Positions 30,455-39,525 are shown, counted from the first letter of the stretch. The stretch is DNA of 59,352 nt from an uncultured bacterium (GCA_964586315.1 CAZPHE010000006.1:1-59352), one strand, 5' to 3'. Translations and numbers: made by a program. Notes: generated from the sequence alone by a model not told the origin.

Positions 30455-31780
30455 TTAATTTTTAATGTTAAATGTTTTGATTTTTAATATTGCCATTATA
30501 ATCTGATAACCAATCCCGATAAAAATACCTGCTGTATAACCAATTGCAATACCTTTTAATTGAAATTGTGGTACAAGCGTTAGCCAGAAAAATATAGAAA
30601 CAAAAAAAATTAGAACACCTCCAATATTTGGATAGATAATGTATTTTGTCCCTGAAAGAAAAGAAACAAATGGAATACTAATCATTCTTATGAAAATACT
30701 CGGTAATATAATTCTAAGAATAATATTTGCCTTTTCAAATTCTTCTCCAAATATTGATAAGATATTAACTGAAAATAAAAAAAGTGGTATACAAATAAAT
30801 CCTGATATTCCAACCATTAACCAAGTTGATTGTTTAATAATAAAAATAATTTTTTCTTTATTGTTTTCCCCAAAAAGCTTTGAGAATTCAGGTAGGAAAA
30901 CTTGTGTAAATAATTTAGGAATAAACATTAATATGCTTATAATTGTAAGGACTGCTGAATACAGACCCGCATCTGCATTATCCAAATATATCCCTGTGAT
31001 AATTATAGAAAGATAACCTGTTCCTGTGCTAGCAGCTGTTCCAATCATACTTACAGCTCCATATTTTGAAAATTTTATTATAGTGTCTTTTTTTGAAAAA
31101 TGAATTTCATTAATTAATTTGGATGATAATGTTTTAAAACTCATAAAAAATATTCTAATACTGATTATAATAAAAATTATATAACTGATTAAATAACTAT
31201 GAATTAAAAATTCTTCTTGCTTAGAATGGCATATATAACTAATTGAAATTAACATAAGAATATCAGATATGATTTCATTCAATGCGTATGATTGAACTAA
31301 ATCCATACCATAAAGTGCTCTTCTAAAAAGTATATAAAAAGATCGAAGAAAAATGTAAGCAATAATTGGATATATTAAATTGTATGGTAATGAAAAATTT
31401 TTTGAAATAAAACTCCATTTCCAAATAAGGATTAATGATATAAAAGATAAAATAAAAATTGATCCATAAACCATTATTTTAAAAACAAACAAAAAATGTT
31501 TTAAGCTTAGTCTCCCCCGGTATTCTGCAAGAAATTTATTAGCAGAGCTACCAAAAAAGTTTGTGATAAAAATTGTTATTATAAGACAAAAACTGAGCGC
31601 AATATTTATTGAGCCTAGAGTTTCTTTTCCAAAAGTACGTGCAACTAAAAAATTAAATGTAAAAGGTACGAGGCCTATAAAGGTTAAGGCAAACCCTGTG
31701 TAGAAAGAATTTTTTACAAGGCGATTTTTAAGAAGCGAATAAAAGAGTTTAATTTTGGCGTCTATCAAGGTAGATGGCAA
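30455..31780 (-). CDS. wzx: Oligosaccharide flippase (Wzx/MATE-like)
   Basis: About 12-13 TMs; DAGLYSAV, FLPEFSKL, FGEEF, FQLKGIAIG patterns. Confidence 0.85.
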   Translation of the reverse strand: MPSTLIDAKIKLFYSLLKNRLVKNSFYTGFALTFIGLVPFTFNFLVARTFGKETLGSINIALSFCLIITIFITNFFGSSANKFLAEYRGRLSLKHFLFVFKIMVYGSIFILSFISLILIWKWSFISKNFSLPYNLIYPIIAYIFLRSFYILFRRALYGMDLVQSYALNEIISDILMLISISYICHSKQEEFLIHSYLISYIIFIIISIRIFFMSFKTLSSKLINEIHFSKKDTIIKFSKYGAVSMIGTAASTGTGYLSIIITGIYLDNADAGLYSAVLTIISILMFIPKLFTQVFLPEFSKLFGENNKEKIIFIIKQSTWLMVGISGFICIPLFLFSVNILSIFGEEFEKANIILRIILPSIFIRMISIPFVSFLSGTKYIIYPNIGGVLIFFVSIFFWLTLVPQFQLKGIAIGYTAGIFIGIGYQIIMAILKIKTFNIKN

Positions 31781-32951
31781 AAGGTACTGCTAGAATAATT
31801 CCAGCAAAAAATGAAAGGATTACAATTAATGTGCGTTTAGGTTTAGCTTTTTTTACAGCTGGTTCAGCAGTGTCTAAAATATTTATAAGGAGTTTCTCCT
31901 TTGCTTCATCTATTTTAGCAATTTCAAATTGCTGTCTAAGGGTTATATAGACAGCTCTATTCTCTTCAATCGTGCTTTCGAGTCTTTCCCTAGTCATTTC
32001 TAATGTAGGAGTATCTAGTCTAAGAGGGTGTGCTTTACGAAATTCTGTTAAAGAATCTTCTGAATTTTCTGTTAGCATTTTTGCATCTTTCATTTGTTTT
32101 TCGACAAAAGTTCTATTTCTAGTCGCTTCCCTTTTTTGTTCAAATGAGATGAAGTTTTTAACGTATTCAGCAATATAGTTCGCAATATCAGATGCTAGTT
32201 GAGGGTCTTCCATTAATACTGTGACAGTGATTAATCCTGATATTTCTTCTCTTACATTTATTAATTCATCTAGTTCTAAAATTGCTTCCTGTAATTCTTT
32301 ATCTAATTTTTTTGCTTTAAAACCTCCACTTGGTAATAATTTCCGAAGAAAACTTAATGGAGAAAAAAAAGGTGGTTTGTCTAATTCCCAATAGGTAATT
32401 AAATTAGAGCCATCGGGAAATTTTAAACTTTTCCATTGTTTTTGGGTTATATCTTTTTTTAAACGACGACTTTTTATAATATCGGGTATATTATAGGTGG
32501 GTGCACTGCCTAAGGCACCAAGACCAAATGATTTAGCTAGCCCCTGAAAGTCACCTAACACCCCTCCTGATTGACTTAATTCTCCTGCTGGATATAATGA
32601 TATTTTTGATTCAAAGTATATTGTTGCAAAAAGAGCATAGAAAAGACCAATAGTTGTAAATAAAACAGAAAATTTTAATATAAATGATTTCTTATTCTTT
32701 GTTACTTCCCATAGAGCATTAAGATTAATTTCATCGTTTTCTGTAATGAGTGGTTTTTTTTCTGATTTCTTTTCATTTTTCTTCTTATCAAATAGTCCTC
32801 TTTTTCTCAACTCAGCTATACGGTTTCTGAGTGTTTTTTCGGTTAGACTATATTTTTTTGCGATGACCTTCCTTTTTTCGGGATTATTAATTATGGTTGG
32901 GTTTTCTTTTATAATTTTTAGAATTTTTTCTTCGTGAGGTGTCAATTTCAT
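31749..32951 (-). CDS. wzz: Wzz/GumC-type chain-length determinant with N-terminal helix-turn-helix domain
   Basis: Wzz core from about aa 73 (DEINLNALW, TM1, coiled coil, ILDTAEPAVKKAKPKRTLIV, TM2); aa 1-54 are HTH-like (LTPHEEKILKII...IAKKYSLTEKTLRNRIAELRKRG). Confidence 0.88.
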   Translation of the reverse strand: MKLTPHEEKILKIIKENPTIINNPEKRKVIAKKYSLTEKTLRNRIAELRKRGLFDKKKNEKKSEKKPLITENDEINLNALWEVTKNKKSFILKFSVLFTTIGLFYALFATIYFESKISLYPAGELSQSGGVLGDFQGLAKSFGLGALGSAPTYNIPDIIKSRRLKKDITQKQWKSLKFPDGSNLITYWELDKPPFFSPLSFLRKLLPSGGFKAKKLDKELQEAILELDELINVREEISGLITVTVLMEDPQLASDIANYIAEYVKNFISFEQKREATRNRTFVEKQMKDAKMLTENSEDSLTEFRKAHPLRLDTPTLEMTRERLESTIEENRAVYITLRQQFEIAKIDEAKEKLLINILDTAEPAVKKAKPKRTLIVILSFFAGIILAVPFAIYLDRRQN

Positions 32952-32955
32952 TTTT

Positions 32956-34671
32956 TTACCGAATTATAATACTTTGTATATAAAATAAAACCAAAACTGC
33001 CTGATATAAGGTTGCGACCGTTTCACTAGCTACATACCATTCGTTATATTCTAGCATTTCAGGTATAAAGATAATATCTCCACTTTCTAAATGTTGATTA
33101 GTCTTCAATTTTATTCTTTGACCTGTAGTTGATTTAACTAGAAATTTTTTTCTACTAGCATTTTTTGAAATTCCACCAGCCAAAATAATATAGTCTTGTA
33201 CATTATATTCTTGAATAAATGGATACCTACCCGGTGAATGTACAGCACCAATAACTTCCACATATGGAAAATATCTTGGCACATAAATTATATCTTCATT
33301 TGCAACAAGCTGATCTTTATGCTTTATATTTTCCAAAGATGTTTCCAAAGAACCTTTTTGTGTCCTTAGTCTTGCCTTTACATAAGCTTCTTCTTCATTT
33401 GATCGATTTACTTCTTCTTTTAACAAAATACGTTCTAATTCACGATCTGGAATATTTGCTATAGTACTATTATTCAAATAAATTTTTGAAGAATCAGCAT
33501 TTGGTAAAAACCCACCAGCTTCCTTTATGATATCATTAATTGTAGTTTTTCCAAGGATAATAGGATAGTTACCAGGGTATTTTATTTCTCCAACTATTTC
33601 TACAATTTTATGAGGTGTCTCATTATCAAAATAAGGTATCATAATATGATCCTCTGAAAATAATTTAAAGTTTTCTGCTTCATCTAAGGTTAAAAAAAAT
33701 GTTTCTGAAACTTGGATGGATTTTGATCTTGTAATTCTTATATTGTTTATATAATTATTAGTACGTAATCCACCTGCAATAATAACTGCATCTATAATAT
33801 TATCATCCTTTTTAAACTCATATCGACCTGGTTTTTGCACTCCACCTTGTATATTGAAAAAACTTTCTTTAAAAGGGATACGTATTATATCCTTTTGTTG
33901 TAAATAAGGATTGTATTTATCATCTCCTGTAACTTTAAATTTTTCTAGATCAGTGGGAATAGTATCATTATTTCTTAGGATAACTATATTTCTTGTTGAA
34001 AACAATTCAATATCATTTTGGATCTTGTTTTCTATACCTAACTTTCTTTGATAAAAATCATCAACGGCTATTCTAGACCTCATTCCAAAAGTTTCTGAAT
34101 ATTGCATTTCTTTACTATCTTTGAATGTGTCTTTTTTCCTCTGATTATAATCCGAGATAATTTGATTAAATAGATCTGAAACTCTTGTCATTGGGGTTAC
34201 TGTAAAATACCCTGCATTGTCAAATTGTCCAGAGGCCAGTATTCTAAATTGTCGAATGGCGTCTAATTCTACGTTAATTTTTACATTTTTATTCCAACTC
34301 TTTATAACACGTATAATCTCTTTAATTAATTTGCTTAGAATCATATTATTACAATCAATTATTCCAACAGATGGTATAAGTAAAGTTCCAGTAGGGGAAA
34401 TTATTAGATTATGATCAAAAGTTTCATTACTAGAAATAATATTAATGTGAAATTGATCGCCCGGGCCAACAATATATTTTTCTGGATCTACTGCTTTATC
34501 AATGATGAAGCTGTCATCATTTTTATTTGTTTTTGAAATTGTTGGTTTTGTATTACTTAATTTTGAAGCCTGACGTTGTGCAATTCTCAAACTATTTAAA
34601 TCTAGAGTTTGAGCATTAATCAAAATTTGTAGACATACTATTATTGCAAATAATTTTATATATTTTTTCAT
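32956..34671 (-). CDS. wza: Polysaccharide export protein with SLBB repeats (Wza/KpsD-like)
   Basis: Signal peptide; YIVGPGDQF Poly_export domain; repeated SLBB motifs (GGVQKPGRY, GEIKYPGNY, GAVHSPGRY, AGG). Confidence 0.88.
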   Translation of the reverse strand: MKKYIKLFAIIVCLQILINAQTLDLNSLRIAQRQASKLSNTKPTISKTNKNDDSFIIDKAVDPEKYIVGPGDQFHINIISSNETFDHNLIISPTGTLLIPSVGIIDCNNMILSKLIKEIIRVIKSWNKNVKINVELDAIRQFRILASGQFDNAGYFTVTPMTRVSDLFNQIISDYNQRKKDTFKDSKEMQYSETFGMRSRIAVDDFYQRKLGIENKIQNDIELFSTRNIVILRNNDTIPTDLEKFKVTGDDKYNPYLQQKDIIRIPFKESFFNIQGGVQKPGRYEFKKDDNIIDAVIIAGGLRTNNYINNIRITRSKSIQVSETFFLTLDEAENFKLFSEDHIMIPYFDNETPHKIVEIVGEIKYPGNYPIILGKTTINDIIKEAGGFLPNADSSKIYLNNSTIANIPDRELERILLKEEVNRSNEEEAYVKARLRTQKGSLETSLENIKHKDQLVANEDIIYVPRYFPYVEVIGAVHSPGRYPFIQEYNVQDYIILAGGISKNASRKKFLVKSTTGQRIKLKTNQHLESGDIIFIPEMLEYNEWYVASETVATLYQAVLVLFYIQSIIIR

Positions 34672-34687
34672 ATTAGATCTGGAATTC

Positions 34688-34701
34688 GTCGAGATCTCGA
34701 C
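34688..34701. repeat. Perfect 14-bp palindrome GTCGAGATCTCGAC (candidate operator)
   Basis: Self-complementary and GC-rich, 17 bp upstream of the wza start codon. Confidence 0.5.
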
Positions 34702-34820
34702 AAGAGATAAGGAATAACTATTTATTCTTCGAACGAATATTTTTTAATTTTGCCTTTATTAATTAAACTGGGCGCAGTTTATATCGATAGTATTCCCTGT
34801 GTAAGTAATGAAACTTATTC

Positions 34821-34848
34821 TTGATAAGTAAAAATTCCAAATTATAAT
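34821..34848 (+). promoter_or_regulatory. Sigma70-like promoter for serS
   Basis: TTGATA (34821-26), 16-bp spacer, TATAAT (34843-48). Confidence 0.55.
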
Positions 34849-34849
34849 T

Positions 34850-34926
34850 AGCCCGGGCTGAGCCCAAAGATTTTTATATTTTATAAATTTTAGCAATGGA
34901 CAAATAATAAAAATAAATTTGGGCTA
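34850..34926 (+). other. Structured serS leader / inverted-repeat element
   Basis: AGCCCGGGCT palindrome, then AGCCCAAA (34861-68) ... TTTGGGCT (34918-25) closing a long imperfect A/U stem. Confidence 0.45.
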
Positions 34927-34946
34927 TTGTAAAAAGGTTAAAATAA

Positions 34947-36215
34947 ATGATATCAATAAGAAAATTACGTAAAGAAAAAGAACCATTTAAAAATAAATTA
35001 AAATTAAAACAGGATAATTTTGATTTAGATAGTGTCCTTATCCTAGATAAAAAATTACGTGATCTGAAAACAAAATCTAGTGAAATGAGGTATGAAAGGA
35101 ATAGTGCGTCAGAGTCTATTGGAAAAGCAAGAAAAAGTGGTCAAAATGTCCAAGTTGCTATTGAAAAAACAAGAAAACTAGGAGATCATCTTAAGATACT
35201 GGAAAAAGATTTAAATAAAGTACAAAAGAAGTTAAATAAATTATTATACCAAATTCCAAACCTACCTCATGATAGTGTACCCCAAGGATTCAGCGAATCA
35301 GATAATATTGAAATACGCTCTTGGAGAGATAAACCGGACTTTTCTTTTAAACCAAAAACACATTTAGAATTGGGGGACTCCTTGGGCTTATTTGATTTTC
35401 AAAGAGGATCTAAAATTTCAGGTAGTGGATTCCCATTATATACAGGGAAAGGAGCTAAACTTGAACGTGCATTAATTAATTCGATGATTGAGCATCATGA
35501 TAAAAAATTCGGTTTTAAAGAACTATTTCCTCCGATTTTAATGCGAAAAGAATCTATGATGACCACTGGTCAATTACCAAAATTTGAAGAAGATATGTAT
35601 CATACTGAAATTGATAATTTATATCTTGCACCAACAGCAGAAGTGCCCGTAACTAATATACATCGTGATGAAATAATTGATGATGATAAACTTCCTATTA
35701 ATTATGTTGCATATTCTCCATGTTTTAGAAGAGAATCGGGTAGTTATGGTAAGGATACCAGAGGATTATTACGAGTACATCAGTTTAATAAAGTAGAATT
35801 GGTAAAATTTACAACACCTGAATCATCTTATGATGAGCTGGAAACTCTTACAGCTCAGGCAGAATCAGTGTTACAACAATTAGGATTACATTATCGTGTA
35901 ATTGAATTGTGTACAGCTGATTTAAGTTTTGCAGCAACCAAATGTTATGATTTGGAAATTTGGGCGCCTGGTGAACAAAAATGGTTGGAAGTTTCTTCAT
36001 GTAGTAATTTTGAATCCTTCCAAGCTCGCCGTGGCAATATAAGATATAGAAGATCCAGCGATAATAAGGTTGAATTATTACATACTTTAAATGGTTCAGG
36101 AGTTGCAACACCAAGATTGATGGTTGCATTAATTGAGACTTACCAGAATGAGAATGGTAAGATAATTTTTCCTGATAAAGTTGAACAGTTTCTTGGTATT
36201 AAAGAGATATTTTAA
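34947..36215 (+). CDS. serS: Serine--tRNA ligase
   Basis: N-terminal coiled coil; LAPTAEVP, FRRESGSYGKDTRGLLRVHQF, EVSSCSNF, TLNGSGVA. Confidence 0.98.
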   Translation: MISIRKLRKEKEPFKNKLKLKQDNFDLDSVLILDKKLRDLKTKSSEMRYERNSASESIGKARKSGQNVQVAIEKTRKLGDHLKILEKDLNKVQKKLNKLLYQIPNLPHDSVPQGFSESDNIEIRSWRDKPDFSFKPKTHLELGDSLGLFDFQRGSKISGSGFPLYTGKGAKLERALINSMIEHHDKKFGFKELFPPILMRKESMMTTGQLPKFEEDMYHTEIDNLYLAPTAEVPVTNIHRDEIIDDDKLPINYVAYSPCFRRESGSYGKDTRGLLRVHQFNKVELVKFTTPESSYDELETLTAQAESVLQQLGLHYRVIELCTADLSFAATKCYDLEIWAPGEQKWLEVSSCSNFESFQARRGNIRYRRSSDNKVELLHTLNGSGVATPRLMVALIETYQNENGKIIFPDKVEQFLGIKEIF

Positions 36216-36947
36216 TTGGCATATCTTTGGGTATTATTTAACACTATTATTTGGACCATTATTTTTGGATTATCAGGAATTTTAGCATCAATTTTTGAAT
36301 CTAATAAAGGTCAAACCCTTGGATATTGTGCAAGACTATGGGGTAAATTTATTTTATTTTTCAGTGGTGTTAAATATGAAGTAAAAGGTCTTGAAAATCT
36401 TGATCCAAAGGGTAGTTATATTTTTGCTGGAAATCATGCATCAGGTTTTGATATCCTCTTGGCTTTTGCATGTTTGCCTTATTGGTTGATATCTATCGCA
36501 AAGATTGAATTAAAATCAATTGTTATATTAGGATGGGTAATGACTACTGCTGGACATATCTTCGTAGATAGAAGAAAAAGTGAAAGTGCTTTAAACACAA
36601 TACGGAAAGCTAAAATTTCATTAATTAAAAATCCACGATCTATTTTATTATTTCCCGAGGGCACTAGAACTTTGGATGGCTCATTAGGTATGTTTAAACG
36701 AGGTGGTTTATTATTAGGAATTGAAGCAGAAATCCCAATCGTACCGGTTGCTTATATCGGAACTTATGAGATGCTACCGAAAGGTTCTCGGTGCATAAAA
36801 AATAATTTTCTAGAAATGAGGATAGGGAAACCAATCTCTCCAAAACTCTATTCGAGCAAGACACGTAAAAAGTTAGCTAAAGATGTAGAAGCAAAGGTAC
36901 AAAGTTTACTTGATCAATCTGTGTTACATAGTAATAAAATTGGATAA
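36216..36947 (+). CDS. plsC: 1-acyl-sn-glycerol-3-phosphate acyltransferase
   Basis: NHASGFD (HX4D), FPEGTRT, IVPV. Confidence 0.93.
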   Translation: MAYLWVLFNTIIWTIIFGLSGILASIFESNKGQTLGYCARLWGKFILFFSGVKYEVKGLENLDPKGSYIFAGNHASGFDILLAFACLPYWLISIAKIELKSIVILGWVMTTAGHIFVDRRKSESALNTIRKAKISLIKNPRSILLFPEGTRTLDGSLGMFKRGGLLLGIEAEIPIVPVAYIGTYEMLPKGSRCIKNNFLEMRIGKPISPKLYSSKTRKKLAKDVEAKVQSLLDQSVLHSNKIG

Positions 36948-37392
36948 AGATTTAAATTTTGAAGAACTCCAGAATTGGAGAAAACAAGGTAAAACCATTG
37001 TCTTTACCAATGGTTGTTTTGATTTATTACACAGAGGTCATTTAGATTTGTTATCTCAGTCAGCCAAGTTTGGAGATTATTTAATTGTTGGTCTTAATTC
37101 AGATAAGTCTGTTAAAAAAATAAAAGGAAACAATAGACCAATTGAACCGCAAAATGTTAGGATGAAAAATCTTGCTAAATTGACTTATGTAAAATCAGTA
37201 TATATTTTTAATGATCAAACACCTTTAAAATTAATTAAAATTATTAAACCTAATGTTTTGGTAAAAGGTGGTGATTATAGCAAAGATGAAATAGTTGGAA
37301 GTAGGGAAATTATTAAATGGGGAGGGCGTATTGAAATTATACCTTTGACCCCAGGTTATAGCACTACCACTATTATAAAAAATATGAATTGA
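36910..37392 (+). CDS. rfaE2: D-glycero-beta-D-manno-heptose 1-phosphate adenylyltransferase (RfaE domain II)
   Basis: VFTNGCFDLLHRGH, VGLNSDKSV, VKGGDY, GYSTT. Confidence 0.93.
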   Translation: MINLCYIVIKLDKDLNFEELQNWRKQGKTIVFTNGCFDLLHRGHLDLLSQSAKFGDYLIVGLNSDKSVKKIKGNNRPIEPQNVRMKNLAKLTYVKSVYIFNDQTPLKLIKIIKPNVLVKGGDYSKDEIVGSREIIKWGGRIEIIPLTPGYSTTTIIKNMN

Positions 37393-37455
37393 TAAGGTCT
37401 TGTTTAATCTATATTATAAGGTTAATATTTACAAGCGGAGTTTCACTAAATCCCT

Positions 37456-39075
37456 TTGAGTAAAACACTTAGAGCCATATTTACATTTTCTATTAGCATC
37501 ATGACAATCTTTGGTGCGAAAGAGAATTCTATATCTAATGTATTCCCTAATGCTTCTGTATTTACAACTAAAAGGGATTCAATTATAAATATTGACGAAA
37601 CACGAAATAGGCTCCCTGCAATAATAACAGATGCAAAATTACTTATGTCAGAAGTTATTATTTCGGATTTTAATAAGGATACTCTCGAAGTTGCCTACTT
37701 GCTTAGTAAAATTTTTGAACTTCTTATGGAAGCAGATCAAATTGGAGGAATGAGTTTAGAAGATAAAGAAGAGTTTGAACGATTTAATAGGACATTTACT
37801 GATTTATATAATCATAAATTGGTCACAGTTCAAAATATAAATGCACCAATTATGGCTGAAAAAATATGGACAGATATTACGGAAGGTATTGAAATTGAAA
37901 TGGGAGAAACAAAATTTACTGTAGTTGAAGATAGGGATGGCCATTTACCGTTGGTTAGGACAAAACAGGTGGATCAATATATTGATTATTTTAAAACTAA
38001 GGGTCGTAAACAGTTTCAAATCTGGCTTAATCGTTATGCCAAGTATAAAGATCTAATACTTCCCATTTTAGATGAACATGAAATGCCTGAAGAATTAATA
38101 TATTTAGCCATGATTGAATCTGGCTTGAACCCTAAGGCATATAGTAAGGCAAATGCATCAGGGATGTGGCAATTTATATATGCTACAGGGAAAAAATATG
38201 GTTTAAATAGAGATTGGTACAAAGACGAAAGACGTGATCCTGTTAAAGCTACTCATGCTGCGTGTAATTATATAAAAGATCTCTATAAAGAATTTGATAA
38301 TTGGTATTTAGCTTTAGCAGCATATAACTGTGGTTCAGGAAGAGTGGCGAGAGCATCTAAGCTTCACCAAACTTACGATTTTTGGCAGATGCATTCTTTG
38401 CCAAGAGAGACTAGGAATTATATTCCATATTTTCTTTCTGCAGCAATTATTGCAAGAACGCCTGAGATATATGGATTTAAAGTTCCTAAAAAAGTAAAAC
38501 CTTTCCGATATGAAACAATTAGTTTAGAAAAAAGTTCTGATATTGCAGTACTCGCAAGAGTCGCTGGTGTTAAACCAAGTATATTAAGAGAATATAATCC
38601 AGAACTTAGACAATCAGCAACTCCTGCAGATGTTATTTATGAATTAAAGCTACCTTTTGGTGTAAAAGAAAACTTCCTTTCAGCATGGAAGGCAATTCCA
38701 GAAGAAGAGAGATTTGCACCACAATTCGTAGTACATCGTGTTCGCTATGGTGAAAGTCTCTGGACTATTTCAAAAAAATATAACGTATCTATTCATGATT
38801 TGGCAGCGGTAAATAAGATTCGTAATAGAAATAAGGTGAGAGTTGGCCAAAAACTTAACGTCCCTTTAAAAGGTGGTAAAGTATGGAGCAATAATGGAAA
38901 TAGCGGACCTCCGGGTTATTCAAAGCAGGTATATAAAGTTAAACGCGGTGATACGCTTGGGCAAATAGCGGAGAATTTTGGTACAAGGGCAAGTAAAATT
39001 AGAAGATGTAATAATAATAAATATGTATCTCATTTGATTCACCCAGGACAAAAATTGGTTATTTGGGTGAAGTGA
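37456..39075 (+). CDS. mltD: Membrane-bound lytic transglycosylase D with LysM domains
   Basis: LAMIESG, ASGMWQFI, ALAAYNCG, ETRNY; two LysM domains (VRYGESLWTI, VKRGDTLGQI). Confidence 0.92.
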   Translation: MSKTLRAIFTFSISIMTIFGAKENSISNVFPNASVFTTKRDSIINIDETRNRLPAIITDAKLLMSEVIISDFNKDTLEVAYLLSKIFELLMEADQIGGMSLEDKEEFERFNRTFTDLYNHKLVTVQNINAPIMAEKIWTDITEGIEIEMGETKFTVVEDRDGHLPLVRTKQVDQYIDYFKTKGRKQFQIWLNRYAKYKDLILPILDEHEMPEELIYLAMIESGLNPKAYSKANASGMWQFIYATGKKYGLNRDWYKDERRDPVKATHAACNYIKDLYKEFDNWYLALAAYNCGSGRVARASKLHQTYDFWQMHSLPRETRNYIPYFLSAAIIARTPEIYGFKVPKKVKPFRYETISLEKSSDIAVLARVAGVKPSILREYNPELRQSATPADVIYELKLPFGVKENFLSAWKAIPEEERFAPQFVVHRVRYGESLWTISKKYNVSIHDLAAVNKIRNRNKVRVGQKLNVPLKGGKVWSNNGNSGPPGYSKQVYKVKRGDTLGQIAENFGTRASKIRRCNNNKYVSHLIHPGQKLVIWVK

Positions 39076-39120
39076 ATTAGGATAAATATTTTTTAGATTG
39101 TAATTCCTAAGGAGTAAAAA

Positions 39121-39408
39121 ATGACAAAACAAGAAATAGTTGATCTCGTTTCAGAAGCAACAGGTCTTACAAAAGTAGAAACAGAGACAGTAATGAATGG
39201 TATTATGGGTACGATTATTGATTCTCTTGCTAGTAATGAAAGGGTTGAATTGCGAGGTTTTGGTACTTTTGGAATCAAACATCGAATGCCAAAAAAAGCA
39301 AGGAATCCAGGGACTGGAGAACCAGTTTATCTTCCAGAAAGGTTTGTTCCAACCTTTAAACCTAGTAAACTTATGCGGTCTAGAGTTAATGATTTAATTA
39401 ATAAATAA
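39121..39408 (+). CDS. hup: HU-family DNA-binding protein
   Basis: MTKQEIV, VELRGFGTF, ARNPGTGE, PTFKPSK; SD AAGGAG. Confidence 0.95.
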   Translation: MTKQEIVDLVSEATGLTKVETETVMNGIMGTIIDSLASNERVELRGFGTFGIKHRMPKKARNPGTGEPVYLPERFVPTFKPSKLMRSRVNDLINK

Positions 39409-39420
39409 AATGGAAAGTCA

Positions 39421-39516
39421 ATGCCAAGTGGGAAAAAAAGAAAAAAGAAAAAGATGAATACACATAAACGTAAAAAACGTTTACGTGCTAATCGCCATAA
39501 GAAAAAAAATAAATAG
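39421..39516 (+). CDS. 30S ribosomal protein bS22 (AURKAIP1/COX24-like), absent from ORF track
   Basis: Hand translation MPSGKKRKKKKMNTHKRKKRLRANRHKKKNK (31 aa) matches the Bacteroidota bS22 pattern MPSGKKRKRHK..THKRKKR.R.NRHKKK. Confidence 0.92.
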   Translation: MPSGKKRKKKKMNTHKRKKRLRANRHKKKNK

Positions 39517-39525
39517 TTTGTATTT

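Noticed and set aside
34675-34701. Vector polylinker contamination (AGATCT, GAATTC, AGATCT sites clustered)
   Set aside because: No other vector sequence, and flanks run seamlessly into wza and the serS promoter; kept only as a caveat to the palindrome finding.
34672-34850. RfaH ops/JUMPstart element upstream of wza
   Set aside because: GGCGGTAG is not present on the non-template strand; only a GGCG hairpin loop on the opposite strand.
34850-34946. T-box riboswitch, SRP RNA or tRNA upstream of serS
   Set aside because: No GGTGGTACCGCG T-box, no SRP GGAA/AGCAG loop, no T-loop; too short for a T-box leader.
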